From assembly GCA_965223155.1 (NCBI GenBank), contig CBDCVR010000013.1, positions 224,001-288,000 on the forward strand: a stretch of DNA of 64,000 nt. The letters run 5' to 3'. Source of the DNA: Candidatus Multivoradales bacterium. GTDB taxonomy: Bacteria; Acidobacteriota; Thermoanaerobaculia; Multivoradales; JAHEKO01. Below the pieces are notes generated by a model that saw only the letters and a program-made list of their open reading frames with translations, ran no database searches and was not told the DNA's origin. The translations under genes were made by a program, and so were the position numbers. Position 1 is the stretch's first letter, and every line of letters begins with the position of its first letter. This document shows positions 32,311-42,572 of the stretch, piece after piece.

Positions 32311-34944
32311 GTGGGCGGATCTTGGAGACGGGAAGCCTGGGCCTGGAGCTATCTGGCGGGCGTGGGCGCCGCGGTCGCCGGTCTCGGCCGGGATGTGGAT
32401 GGCGGAGTCGTGTTGGCGATCGTGGCGGCCACGCTGGCGGGCTCGTTGGCGGTCTCGACGCGGCGCGCCTGGCTACGCCAGGTGGCGTTCTTCTGCTGCG
32501 GGATGGCGCTTGCCTTGGCTCGTGCCGAAGAGCTCGAAGACTGCCTCGCGCGGCTGGACGGCGAGCGGCCCGCCCGGGTCGATGTGTGGCCTTCGGGGCT
32601 CTGGAGCCGGAGCAGGGACGGGGGATGGACGGCGTGGGGCCGCCTGCTTCAGGCTCGGCAGGCTCAGAAAGGCGCGGCCCGGGTCGTCTGCTCGACGGAC
32701 CTGCGGCTGAGTCTGGCCGGGGACGAACCGCCGCCCACGGGAATGGCTCTGCGGGTCCGGGGCTTCGTCCGGCGAAATCCTGGACCACGCAACCTGCGAC
32801 CCGCTCGGGCCGGCCCCTGGCGCCTCCACGTCAAGAGTCGGCGGTTGGTGGACACGCTTCCGGACAGAGTCGGAGCCCTCGACGCGTGGCGGGCGCGGGT
32901 GCGAGCGCGCCTGGATCAGGATGTGGCGGGCGCCGCGGCAACCGAGCGAGGCCGGCGGGGTCTCGCCCTGGCTCGCGCGCTCGCCTTGGGCGACCGAGGG
33001 TACTTGGATCCCGGAATCCAGCGGCAGCTTCGGCGGGCCGGCCTTGCCCATCTGCTTGCGGTATCAGGTCTCCACGCAGGCCTACTCGCTGCCGCCTTGT
33101 ACGGTCTGCTCTGGCCGCTGCCGGCCGGCTGGCGCCGGTTAGGAGTTGGCTTGGGACTCGCCGCCTATGTCGCCCTGGCGGGCGCCAGCCCGGCAACGCT
33201 GAGGGCGGGGGGGATGGCGGGGATCGGTCTGCTCGCATTCTCGGCGAGTCGTCGCCCGCAGGCGGCGAGGGCTCTGGCCCTGGTGGCCGTCGTGCTTGCG
33301 ACCCTGGATCCTGGAATGCTTCGGCGTCTCGGGTTGCAACTCACCCTGGCCGCGACCGCCGGCATCGTCTTTCTGAGCCCGCAGCTCGAGGAGAGGTGGT
33401 GCCCCAACGTACGGACGGGCTGGAGCCGTCCGGGGAATCGCGAGGTCTCGGCGCCAGAAAGCCGCGTTCGGTGGGATCGTCCGGAGCGCTCGACACTCGG
33501 CTTCCGGGGCGGTGCCCGCTGGCTTCGGCGCTCGATCGCGGCCTCGGTGGGGGCTCAGCTGGCGACCCTGCCCTGGACCGCGGGAATCTTCGCCATGGTG
33601 CATCCCCTGGGGCCGCTTCTGAATCTGGCAGCCGTGCCCTGGCTGGTTCCGGCGGTCTTGCTCTCGCTGGCGGCCGTGGCCGCGGCGCCGGTTTCGACAG
33701 CCGCGGCGTCGGCGCTGCTGCACGCGCTCGAGATCCTGGCGCGACCGCTCGAATGGCTGGTGCTCCTACCCGTCGGGCCCTGGAGCACGGTACCGGTCTC
33801 CTGGACTCCGCTGGCTGGGGTCGTGGTGGCCGTGGGATTGGTAGTCGCGCTCACGGCGAGACCGAAGGCCGCCCGGATCGCGGGCGCTGTGATCCTGGGA
33901 ACGGTCCTTTGCCTCGGCGAGGGCTGTCGCCACGGGCCCGCGGTCGTGCCCGCCGGCAAGCCGTTCGGTCGATTCGGAAGGATGTTGCAGGGCTTCGTCG
34001 AGTTCCTGCCCTCGGAGGGCTTTCTTGGCGGAGCCGGTACGAGGGCCAGGTCGGGTTCGAGATCGCTTGGAGGATCGCTTTGGGGATCGCTTCCGACTTG
34101 GGGCCCCGAGGTCTTCGCTCTGGACGTGGGGCAGGGTGACGCCTTCTTGCTTCGCGATCGAGACGTGGCAATTCTCATTGATGGTGGGGGCTGGCGGCGA
34201 GGTGATCTGGGCGGCAGGGTTCTGGTTCCGGTCCTGGCCGGTCTGGGGATTCGCAGCCTGGATCTGGCCGTCGTCAGCCACGCCGACGCCGATCACTGCA
34301 ACGGCATTCGCGACCTGAGTGCCTATGTCCCCATCCGCGAGCTCTGGGTGGCTCCGTCGACGATCGGTGCGGCCTGCATCCAAGAGACGATCCGACCGGC
34401 GTCCGACCGCTGGCCCGGTGCCGATCGATCGCTCCGCGGCGTGGCCGGGGTGGCGCCGGATGGGGGGGCTCGCGTGGCCCGGATTGGGCGGACCGGCCGC
34501 CGTCTGGCCGGCGGCGGTGCGGTGCGCCTCGGCTCGTTCCGGCTCGAGGTTCTGCGGGCCAGCGTGGCGGGCTCCGGCGAGCGCTCGCCCTCCGACAACG
34601 ATCGCTCGCTCGTTGTCCGGGTCGATGCCGGCGGGACGAGCCTGCTGTTCCCCGGCGATCTCGAGGCCACCGGAGAGCGGCTGCTGCTGGCCGGCCGCGA
34701 CCGCGACCGGCTGGATGTGGACGTTCTCAAGGTCGGGCATCATGGCAGCCGCTCCTCCAGCTCGAGATCTTTCGTCAAGGCAGTCTCGCCCAGGCTGGCG
34801 ATCGTTGCCGCCGGCCACGGCAATCGCTACGGCCATCCGCACCCGGAGGTGCTTGTACGGCTGCGGTCCATGGGCGCCAAGATCCTGAGAACCGATCGGG
34901 ATGGACTCATCCGCTTGCCGCTGGGTCCCAGACGAGCCCGGTGA
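32311..34944 (+). CDS. comEC: DNA uptake channel ComEC/Rec2 with C-terminal metallo-beta-lactamase domain
   Basis: GLAHLLAVSGLH, DVGQGDA, SHADADH, NDRS, KVGHHGS and NRYGHPH. Confidence 0.92.
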   Translation: MGGSWRREAWAWSYLAGVGAAVAGLGRDVDGGVVLAIVAATLAGSLAVSTRRAWLRQVAFFCCGMALALARAEELEDCLARLDGERPARVDVWPSGLWSRSRDGGWTAWGRLLQARQAQKGAARVVCSTDLRLSLAGDEPPPTGMALRVRGFVRRNPGPRNLRPARAGPWRLHVKSRRLVDTLPDRVGALDAWRARVRARLDQDVAGAAATERGRRGLALARALALGDRGYLDPGIQRQLRRAGLAHLLAVSGLHAGLLAAALYGLLWPLPAGWRRLGVGLGLAAYVALAGASPATLRAGGMAGIGLLAFSASRRPQAARALALVAVVLATLDPGMLRRLGLQLTLAATAGIVFLSPQLEERWCPNVRTGWSRPGNREVSAPESRVRWDRPERSTLGFRGGARWLRRSIAASVGAQLATLPWTAGIFAMVHPLGPLLNLAAVPWLVPAVLLSLAAVAAAPVSTAAASALLHALEILARPLEWLVLLPVGPWSTVPVSWTPLAGVVVAVGLVVALTARPKAARIAGAVILGTVLCLGEGCRHGPAVVPAGKPFGRFGRMLQGFVEFLPSEGFLGGAGTRARSGSRSLGGSLWGSLPTWGPEVFALDVGQGDAFLLRDRDVAILIDGGGWRRGDLGGRVLVPVLAGLGIRSLDLAVVSHADADHCNGIRDLSAYVPIRELWVAPSTIGAACIQETIRPASDRWPGADRSLRGVAGVAPDGGARVARIGRTGRRLAGGGAVRLGSFRLEVLRASVAGSGERSPSDNDRSLVVRVDAGGTSLLFPGDLEATGERLLLAGRDRDRLDVDVLKVGHHGSRSSSSRSFVKAVSPRLAIVAAGHGNRYGHPHPEVLVRLRSMGAKILRTDRDGLIRLPLGPRRAR

Positions 34945-35041
34945 TCCCGAGGATCGGCCGCAACACTCGATCGGCCAGCTCGATGAGGACGTCGGTCCAG
35001 ACCCGGCAGGAGTCAGGGACCGGTTGCCGTACACTCGCCGG

Positions 35042-35968
35042 GTGCGCCGTACGATCGCGATCGTGGGATCCACGGCTACGGGCAAGAGCTCCCTGGCGAT
35101 GGCTCTCGCCCACGATTTCGAGGGTGAGATCCTCAATGCCGATGCCCTACAGGTGTATCGCGGCTTCGACATCGGGACGGCCAAACCTTCGGTCGAGGAG
35201 CGGGCCCAAGTGCCGCACCACTTGATCGACTGCCGTGAGCCCAGCGAGCCCTTCTCGGCCGGCCAGTTCGCGCGCTTGGCGAGGGCCTGCCTCGACGACA
35301 TTCATCAGCGCGGCCGCCTGCCCATCGTGGTGGGGGGCTCGGGGCTGTACGTCCGGGCGCTCTTCGAGGGAATCCACGAGATCCCCGCCGTGGACCCGTC
35401 GGTGCGGGAGGCGCTCAACCGGCGCCTGGAGACCGAGGGGCTGGATGCGCTCCGGACGGAGCTGGCCCGGTTGGATCCCGCGACCGAACGACGGCTGGCC
35501 CCGAACGATCGCCAGCGAATTCTCCGAGCGCTCGAGGTCGCGCTTGGGACGGGACGCCCGCTCGCTCGCTGGATTGCGGCTGAAAGCACTGAAAAGAAAG
35601 AACTTGAGGTGATGAAGCTGGGTTTGACGATGGCCCGACCGCTCCTATACGATCGCATCGAGCAGCGGGTCGAAACCATGCTCGAGGAGGGTTGGCTGGA
35701 AGAGATCGAATCGCTGTTGCGAGGCGGCCTTTCCGGACACGAGGCAGCGTTTCAAGCGATCGGTTATCGGCAGCTGGCGGATCATGTCCGCGGTGAGTCC
35801 TCACGCGAGGAGGCGGTCGAAGCGATCGTGCGGGCTACGCGCCGCTACGCCAAGCGCCAGGAAACCTGGTTTCGGCGAGACGCCGAGATCGTCTGGTTGG
35901 AGGCGGCCCCAAACCCGGACCTTCTGGAACAAGCGAGGCAACTGTGTGGCAACTATCTGAATTGCTGA
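35042..35968 (+). CDS. miaA: tRNA dimethylallyltransferase
   Basis: GSTATGKS, DIGTAKPS, VGGSGLY and TRRYAKRQETWF. GTG 35042 chosen. Confidence 0.96.
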   Translation: MRRTIAIVGSTATGKSSLAMALAHDFEGEILNADALQVYRGFDIGTAKPSVEERAQVPHHLIDCREPSEPFSAGQFARLARACLDDIHQRGRLPIVVGGSGLYVRALFEGIHEIPAVDPSVREALNRRLETEGLDALRTELARLDPATERRLAPNDRQRILRALEVALGTGRPLARWIAAESTEKKELEVMKLGLTMARPLLYDRIEQRVETMLEEGWLEEIESLLRGGLSGHEAAFQAIGYRQLADHVRGESSREEAVEAIVRATRRYAKRQETWFRRDAEIVWLEAAPNPDLLEQARQLCGNYLNC

Positions 35969-35973
35969 GAATC

Positions 35974-37344
35974 TTGAACCGTCCCAAGAGGAAGGCGCTG
36001 GGACTGCCGGGCTTCCGGATGCCGGGGGCCGCCATCGCCGGATCGGTTCTGGCGGTCTCGAGCTTGATGCTTGGCTGTGCCTCGAGTCCCATCGCCGCTC
36101 CCGCGCCCAAGGAGCATCCCGAGGCTCGGTTCTTGCCGTCGCCGCTCGCCGGCTATGCCCTGAGCGTCGCGGCCCTTGACGCCCAGCGGCTTCGCGACGC
36201 CAACGCGGCGCTGGTGTCCGGAGGGGATCCCGCTCGAGCGCTCGAGGTGGCCAAGGCCTTCCTGGCGGCCAGCTCCGGCTTTGAGCCCGCAGTGGTGCTC
36301 GAAGGGCAAGCGCGCTTCGTGGGTCGGGATCTGGCGGGCGCGCTCGAGGCGGTGCTGCCCGTCGCCCGGGACAATCCTGAGTACCTGGCCGCTCAACTAC
36401 TGGCGGCGCGCGCCGCGGAACGGTTGGAGCGTATCCCCCTGGCCTACGAGCACTACCTGGCGATCTCGGGCCGGTCCCAACTGGCGGCTCGGCTGGCGGC
36501 TACCCTCAAGCCGCGGGCCCTGGAGATCCTGGACGGCCGGGTCCGGGATCTGATCGCCCGGCAGCACTGGCAGGCGGCGGCTGACGAGCTGGCTCGGGTC
36601 GAGGCCTGGGCTCCGGAGGGGCGCTCCACCCTCGAGCTGGTCGCCGCCTACGCCGAGGCGGCCGGGGAGAGCGAGCGCGCGCTGACCGCGGTGCGCCGGC
36701 TGGCGACACTAGAAGGCGGCGACGACCTGCGTCTGCGCCTGGCGACCCTGGAGCTCGAGGTTGGCGACGCCGGCGCCGGTCTGCGCTTGTTGGAGGAACT
36801 GGCCCGGGAGAGGCCGGAGGACGCGGCCGTGCAGGCGCATCTGGATCAGGCCAAGCTGCGCTGGCGCATGGGCCTCTTGCCGTCCGAGGTGCGCGACATC
36901 TTCCGGCGGCCCCGGCTGACCCGGGCCGAGTTCGCCAAGCTCCTGTTCTGGATGTACCCGGAGGTTCGCTACGGGCGGTTGCAAAGAGGCCGGATCGCGA
37001 GTGACGTTCTCGAGCATCCCCACCGGCAGGAGATTGTGCGGGTCGTGAACCTGGGGCTCATGGACATCGACCGGACGCTGCACAGCTTTCGGCCTGACCG
37101 CGAGCTGACTCGCGGCGAGAGTGTCGAGGCCGTGCTTCGGGTCTTGCACCTGAAACGGCCACGGCCCGCATGTCTCGGCGATTTCGATCCGGACGGGCGG
37201 ATGTCGGTCGAGTCGGCCTGTTCGCTGGCCTTCGGCTGTGGCCTTCTGGACGCGGCAGGTGACTGCCTTCCGGGTGCCACGGCCTCCGGTGGCTTCATCG
37301 AGCGCATGGGTTTTGCCGGCTTGGATATTCTTGGCTCCCGATGA
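35974..37344 (+). CDS. Putative lipoprotein with TPR-like repeats and C-terminal SLH-like domain (start uncertain: 35944/35974/36019)
   Basis: Lipobox-like LMLG-C, Ala/Leu helical repeats, LTRAEFA and FRPDRELTRGE. Confidence 0.72.
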   Translation: MNRPKRKALGLPGFRMPGAAIAGSVLAVSSLMLGCASSPIAAPAPKEHPEARFLPSPLAGYALSVAALDAQRLRDANAALVSGGDPARALEVAKAFLAASSGFEPAVVLEGQARFVGRDLAGALEAVLPVARDNPEYLAAQLLAARAAERLERIPLAYEHYLAISGRSQLAARLAATLKPRALEILDGRVRDLIARQHWQAAADELARVEAWAPEGRSTLELVAAYAEAAGESERALTAVRRLATLEGGDDLRLRLATLELEVGDAGAGLRLLEELARERPEDAAVQAHLDQAKLRWRMGLLPSEVRDIFRRPRLTRAEFAKLLFWMYPEVRYGRLQRGRIASDVLEHPHRQEIVRVVNLGLMDIDRTLHSFRPDRELTRGESVEAVLRVLHLKRPRPACLGDFDPDGRMSVESACSLAFGCGLLDAAGDCLPGATASGGFIERMGFAGLDILGSR

Positions 37345-37922
37345 ACCTGACGCTGCCCAATCTGATTTCTCTGGCCCGCATGGGCCTGATTCCGCTATTC
37401 GTGATCGCCGTGCTCGAGGGCGAGCCGCTCAACGGGCTCGTGATCTTCGCGATTGCCGGAATCTCGGACGGAGTGGACGGGTTTATCGCCCGGTACTTCA
37501 ATCAGCGCTCGCCTCTTGGCGCCGTTCTGGATCCGATCGCGGACAAGCTGCTCCTGACCACCGCCTACGTGATGCTGGCCATCCCCAATACCCATCCGGG
37601 GCTCCAGATTCCGCTCTGGATCACGGTTCTGGTCCTGGCTCGCGACATCTCGATTCTGCTGATCTCCGTCACGCTCTATCTGGTCCACAAGATCGAGAGC
37701 TTCCCGCCGACGGTTCTGAGCAAGGTCAATACCGCGCTTCAGATCACCGCCATCGTGTTGGTTCTGGTCAGCGGCCTGCGCCAAGACTTCGAGCGCCTTG
37801 CCCTGGTGACGCTCTACGCGGTGGCCACGCTCACCATTCTGTCTGGCTTGATGTACGTGCCGATCATCAATCGTCTGGTGGGCGGCTCCGGATCTTCTGC
37901 ACCTCCCGATGCGCAAGCCTGA
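37341..37922 (+). CDS. CDP-alcohol phosphatidyltransferase (PgsA-like)
   Basis: LPNLISLAR and DGVDGFIAR..GAVLDPIADK. Confidence 0.93.
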   Translation: MNLTLPNLISLARMGLIPLFVIAVLEGEPLNGLVIFAIAGISDGVDGFIARYFNQRSPLGAVLDPIADKLLLTTAYVMLAIPNTHPGLQIPLWITVLVLARDISILLISVTLYLVHKIESFPPTVLSKVNTALQITAIVLVLVSGLRQDFERLALVTLYAVATLTILSGLMYVPIINRLVGGSGSSAPPDAQA

Positions 37923-39063
37923 TCCGGCGCTGCTGCGCCTGCTGGTCTTCGTCGGCGGCCTGGTCGCGACGATTGTCCTGCTGATCGTCTTCCGCAAGAT
38001 CTTCATGCCGCTGCTGCTGGGTCTCCTGGTGGCGTATCTGCTGGACCCGGCGGTGGATTGGTTCGAGCGCCGCGGACGCTCCAGAACCTTCGGCGTGGTC
38101 GTGTTGTCGATGCTCCTGGTGCTGGCGGTGGTGCTGGTGGCGGTCTTTCTCCTGCCCGCTCTCGGGCATCAGCTAGAGCGTCTGGCCGACCGGCTTCCCG
38201 CGTATCAGGAGCGCGCCCGGGCGCAGCTCGAGCCGGTCTTCGAGCGGCTCGAGGCTCGCTATCCGGATGAGCTGGAGGAGTTGCAGAGCCGGGCGGTAGA
38301 GGGGTTGCGCGAGAACCTGCCCGAGCTGGCCGGATCGGTCGGCAAGGCCGTGGGCCGGGTCTTCACGAACGTCTTCGATTTCGTTCTGGCGCTGCTGAAT
38401 CTGATCTTCGTGCCCGTTTTCGCCTTCTATCTGCTAGTCGATTTCCCGAAGGTCAAGCGGGGATTGGCGGAGCTGGTACCCGAGCCCTACCGCGCAATGG
38501 TGCTCGGCCGGGTGGGCGAGGTGGATTCGGCGGTGGCCAGCTTCGTTCGCGGCCAGCTGACGATCGCCCTGGTCTTGGCCGCGATCAACGCGATTGGCCT
38601 GATGCTCCTGGACGTGCCCTTCGGCTTGGGAATCGGCCTCATCGCCGGGCTGGCGAACATGATTCCGTACATGGCGCTGGTGGTCGGGCTGCTGCCGGCG
38701 CTTGCGCTGGCCTGGGCCGAGCACCAGGAGATCTGGCGGCTCGTGGGAGTCGTGGCGGTCTTCGGCGGCGCGCAAATGCTCGAAGGCATGGTTCTGAGTC
38801 CCAGGATCCTTGGGCGGAGCGTCAACCTGCATCCGGTCTGGGTGCTTCTCGCCATCATCGCCGGAGGCAGCTTGTTCGGTTTCATGGGCATGCTGGTGGC
38901 GGTGCCGGCGGCGGCCGCGATTCAGGTCTTCGCCAAGCACTGGCTCGAGCTCTACAAGGAATCGGCGCTCTACCAGAACCCGAGCGCCGAGCGCGTTCTA
39001 GAGCGCGCCGGGTTCGCGACCTCGAGAGCCCGGGAGGGTGAGGGCGGGGAGGACCCCCGGTGA
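37909..39063 (+). CDS. AI-2E family (UPF0118/PerM) transporter
   Basis: Multiple TM segments, AYLLDPAV, IPY, PRILG..VNLHPV and GMLVAVP. Confidence 0.92.
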   Translation: MRKPDPALLRLLVFVGGLVATIVLLIVFRKIFMPLLLGLLVAYLLDPAVDWFERRGRSRTFGVVVLSMLLVLAVVLVAVFLLPALGHQLERLADRLPAYQERARAQLEPVFERLEARYPDELEELQSRAVEGLRENLPELAGSVGKAVGRVFTNVFDFVLALLNLIFVPVFAFYLLVDFPKVKRGLAELVPEPYRAMVLGRVGEVDSAVASFVRGQLTIALVLAAINAIGLMLLDVPFGLGIGLIAGLANMIPYMALVVGLLPALALAWAEHQEIWRLVGVVAVFGGAQMLEGMVLSPRILGRSVNLHPVWVLLAIIAGGSLFGFMGMLVAVPAAAAIQVFAKHWLELYKESALYQNPSAERVLERAGFATSRAREGEGGEDPR

Positions 39064-42000
39064 ATAGCTCGAGCTTCGCCCATCTGCACCTTCACAGCCA
39101 GTACAGTCTGCTGGACGGCGCCAACCGTCTGAACGACGTGATCGCCGCGGCAAAGTCCGCCGGCATGCCCGCGATCGCCCTGACCGATCACGGCAACATG
39201 TTCGGCGCGATCGATTTCTACAAGAAGGCTCAGGCCGCCGGCATCAAGCCGATCGTGGGCATCGAAGCCTACGTGGCTCAAGGAAGCCGCACGGTCCGGC
39301 AGCGGGGCATGGGCAGCAGCAACCACTTGGTGCTCCTGGCTCGGAACGAGACCGGGTACCGGAATCTGATCAAGCTCACTTCGCGCTCGTATCTGGAGGG
39401 CTTCTACTACAAGCCGCGCATCGACAAGGAGCTCTTGCGCGAGCACGCGGAGGGCCTGATCGGGCTCTCGGCTTGCCTCAAGGGAGAGATCCTGGAGAAG
39501 ATCTGCAACCGGCGGGAGACCGAGGCCGAAGCCAGCGCCAAGGAGTTCGTGGACATTCTCGGGGAGGGCAACTTCTACCTCGAGATGCAGAACCACCACA
39601 TCGACGAACAGCTCACCTCGAACGAAGTGCTGCGCCGGATTTCCCGCCGCACCGGGATTCCCCTGGTGGTGACCAACGACTGCCACTACCTGCACAAGGA
39701 CGACGCGTTCGCCCATGACGTGCTGCTCTGCATCGGGACCCAGCGCGTGCTTTCCGACCGGGACCGGCTCAAGTACGCCAGCGAGGAGTTCTATCTCAAG
39801 ACCGCGGACGAGATGTACAAGCAGTTCCCGGACGACGCCGAGGCCATCGAGAACACCGTCCGGATCGCCGAGCGTTGCGATCTCGAGATCCCGATGGACG
39901 AGTTCTTCCTGCCCAATTTCCCGGTACCTGCCGGGCACACTCTCAACAGCTACTTCGAGGCGGTGGTGGGCGACGGGCTGGAGCGGCGCCTGGAGCACCT
40001 CAAGGCTCGCAATGCCGAGGTGCTCGAGAAGTTCTCGCCGGATCTCTACCGCGAGCGCCTGGCCAGCGAGGTGGCGATCATCAAGCGCATGGGCTTTGCC
40101 GGCTACTTCCTGACCGTCTGGGACTTCATCCGCTACGCCCGCGACCGCGACATTCCGGTGGGGCCGGGGCGAGGCTCGGCGGCGGGCTCGCTCGTCTCCT
40201 ACGCTCTGCGCATCACCGACATCGATCCGTTGCAGTACGGCCTCCTCTTCGAGCGCTTCCTGAATCCGGATCGGGTGAGCCTGCCCGACATCGACATCGA
40301 TTTCTGCATGCGGCGCCGGGGCGAGGTGATCCAGTACGTAAGCGACAAGTACGGCCGCGACCACGTCGCTCAGATCATTACTTTTGGAACCCTGGCCGCC
40401 AAGGGCGTGCTGCGGGACGTCGGCCGGGTCATGGGGGTTCCCTACGCCAAGGTGGACCGGATCGCGAAGCTGATTCCGGACATGACCCGTTCGCTTCAAG
40501 AAGCCCTGGGCGCCAGCAAGCCCCTGGCCGACGCCGTGCGCGAGGACTCCGAGCTGAGCGAGATCGTAAGCGTCGGTACCAGACTCGAGGGCATCACCCG
40601 TCACGCCTCGCTCCACGCCGCCGGCGTTGTCATCACGCCCCAGCCCACCCAAGATCTGGTGCCGCTGTTCAAGACCTCGAAGGACGAGATCGTCACCCAG
40701 TGGGACAAGGACGTCATCGAAGAGCTTGGCCTGCTCAAGATGGACTTTCTGGGATTGCGGACCCTGACGGTCATCGACGACACGTTGAAGATGCTGGCCC
40801 AGAAGGGCGTCGAGCTGGATCTGGACGAAGCCGATCTCGATGACGAGGCCGTCTTTGCGCTCTTCCGGGAGGGACGCACCAGCGGAGTGTTCCAGTTCGA
40901 GTCCTCGGGAATGACCGACGTCTTGCGCCGCGCGGAGCCGTCGAGCTTCAGCGATCTTGTGGCCTTCAACGCCCTCTATCGGCCGGGCGCCCTCTCGGTC
41001 GGCATGGTCGACGAGTTCATCCAGCGCAAGCTGGGCAAGAAGAAGGTGAGCTACGTCGTTCCCGAGGCCGAGCCGATCCTCGCCGAGACCCATGGAGTCA
41101 TCGCCTACCAGGAACAGGTGATGCGCCTGGCGGTGGAGGTGGCCGGATTCAGCATGGCCGAGGCCGACATGCTGCGCAAGGCGATGGGCAAGAAAAAGCT
41201 CGAAGTGATGCGCGAGCAGCGCCAGAAGTTCATCGACGGCGCCTCCGGTCGGGGGGTTCCGGCGAAAAAGGCGCGTCAGCTCTGGGACTACATCGAGCCC
41301 TTCGCGGGCTATGGGTTCAACAAGAGCCATAGCGTGGCCTACGCGCTTCTGGCCTACAAGACCGCCTATCTCAAGGCGCATCATCCGGTCGAGTTCATGG
41401 CCGCGATGCTGACGTCCGAGATGTCCTCGAAGGACAACGTCGCCAAGTACATGCGGGAGTGCCGGGAGATGCGGATCGCGGTGCTGCCGCCAGACGTCAA
41501 TGAGAGCAACTGGTCGTTTACGCCGCTGTCCGACACCATCCGCTTCGGGCTGGGGGCGATAAAGGGTGTGGGCTCCTCGGCGGTCGAGGCGATTCTGGAG
41601 GCCCGCCGCTCCGTCGGTCGCTTCGGGGATTTCGCCCACTTCACCGGGGCCGTAGACCTACGCGCGCTCAACAGCAAGGTCTTCGAAAGCCTCATCAAGT
41701 CCGGCAGCTTCGACGAGATGGGGGTGCACCGGAGTGCGCTGATGACCTCCCTGGAGAGAGTGCTGGAGTTCTTCCAGAAGCAGCAGCGTTCCGAAGAAGA
41801 AGGCCAGGTGAGTCTCTTCAGCAGCGAAGCCATGCCCACGCCTCAGCCCGATCCGGCGGTGCCGCCCTGGAGGGAGGCCGACAGGCTGCGCTACGAGAAG
41901 GAGGTTCTCGGGCTCTACCTGACCGGGAACCCGCTGGAGGAACACGAGGCCACCCTGCGCTCGCGCGTCACCCACACCTCGGCCGAGCTGGACTTCGCCA

Positions 42001-42515
42001 CCGGTACTGTCTGCGTCGGCGGCATCGTCAGCCGGTTGCGCCGGGTCAAGATTCGCAGCGGCCGCAATGCCGGGAAGTTCATGGCTCGTTTCGTCCTGGA
42101 GGATCTCGAAGGAGCGATTCCGATGGCCGTCTTCAGCGACCAGCTTCGGCGCTTCAACGACTACTTGGAGGACGAGGCCATTCTGGTGGTCACCGGACAG
42201 GTGCGCGAGCGCGGCGGAGACCGCGAGGTGACGGTCGAGGACGTCGTGCCTCTCGAAACCGCGAGACAGGACGTGGTCGCGCGCTTGGACGTCGTCCTGA
42301 AGGACCGGCTGAGCGACCACGAGATGCTAGCGCTACGGGATTGTTTGATCGAGCACGGCGGCGAGGTGCCGGTGCATCTCGAGCTTTCCTGCGGCGGTAG
42401 GCGGGTTCGGATCGCTCCGGAGGATCGGTTCAAGGTCGCGCTTTCCGACGGGTTCCTGCAATCCCTGGAAGGGATCGTCGGTCCGGGCAACGTCCACAAA
42501 CGCTACGAGCTCTAG
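39060..42515 (+). CDS. dnaE: DNA polymerase III alpha subunit
   Basis: HLHLHSQYSLLDG (PHP), GPGRGSAAGS, PDIDIDF, YGFNKSH and an OB fold. No intein seen. Confidence 0.98.
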   Translation: MNSSSFAHLHLHSQYSLLDGANRLNDVIAAAKSAGMPAIALTDHGNMFGAIDFYKKAQAAGIKPIVGIEAYVAQGSRTVRQRGMGSSNHLVLLARNETGYRNLIKLTSRSYLEGFYYKPRIDKELLREHAEGLIGLSACLKGEILEKICNRRETEAEASAKEFVDILGEGNFYLEMQNHHIDEQLTSNEVLRRISRRTGIPLVVTNDCHYLHKDDAFAHDVLLCIGTQRVLSDRDRLKYASEEFYLKTADEMYKQFPDDAEAIENTVRIAERCDLEIPMDEFFLPNFPVPAGHTLNSYFEAVVGDGLERRLEHLKARNAEVLEKFSPDLYRERLASEVAIIKRMGFAGYFLTVWDFIRYARDRDIPVGPGRGSAAGSLVSYALRITDIDPLQYGLLFERFLNPDRVSLPDIDIDFCMRRRGEVIQYVSDKYGRDHVAQIITFGTLAAKGVLRDVGRVMGVPYAKVDRIAKLIPDMTRSLQEALGASKPLADAVREDSELSEIVSVGTRLEGITRHASLHAAGVVITPQPTQDLVPLFKTSKDEIVTQWDKDVIEELGLLKMDFLGLRTLTVIDDTLKMLAQKGVELDLDEADLDDEAVFALFREGRTSGVFQFESSGMTDVLRRAEPSSFSDLVAFNALYRPGALSVGMVDEFIQRKLGKKKVSYVVPEAEPILAETHGVIAYQEQVMRLAVEVAGFSMAEADMLRKAMGKKKLEVMREQRQKFIDGASGRGVPAKKARQLWDYIEPFAGYGFNKSHSVAYALLAYKTAYLKAHHPVEFMAAMLTSEMSSKDNVAKYMRECREMRIAVLPPDVNESNWSFTPLSDTIRFGLGAIKGVGSSAVEAILEARRSVGRFGDFAHFTGAVDLRALNSKVFESLIKSGSFDEMGVHRSALMTSLERVLEFFQKQQRSEEEGQVSLFSSEAMPTPQPDPAVPPWREADRLRYEKEVLGLYLTGNPLEEHEATLRSRVTHTSAELDFATGTVCVGGIVSRLRRVKIRSGRNAGKFMARFVLEDLEGAIPMAVFSDQLRRFNDYLEDEAILVVTGQVRERGGDREVTVEDVVPLETARQDVVARLDVVLKDRLSDHEMLALRDCLIEHGGEVPVHLELSCGGRRVRIAPEDRFKVALSDGFLQSLEGIVGPGNVHKRYEL

Positions 42516-42572
42516 GGGCGCCGCGGGAGTGGCGCGACGGGTTCGTTCGGTGCGCGCGCAGGGCGTGGGGAA

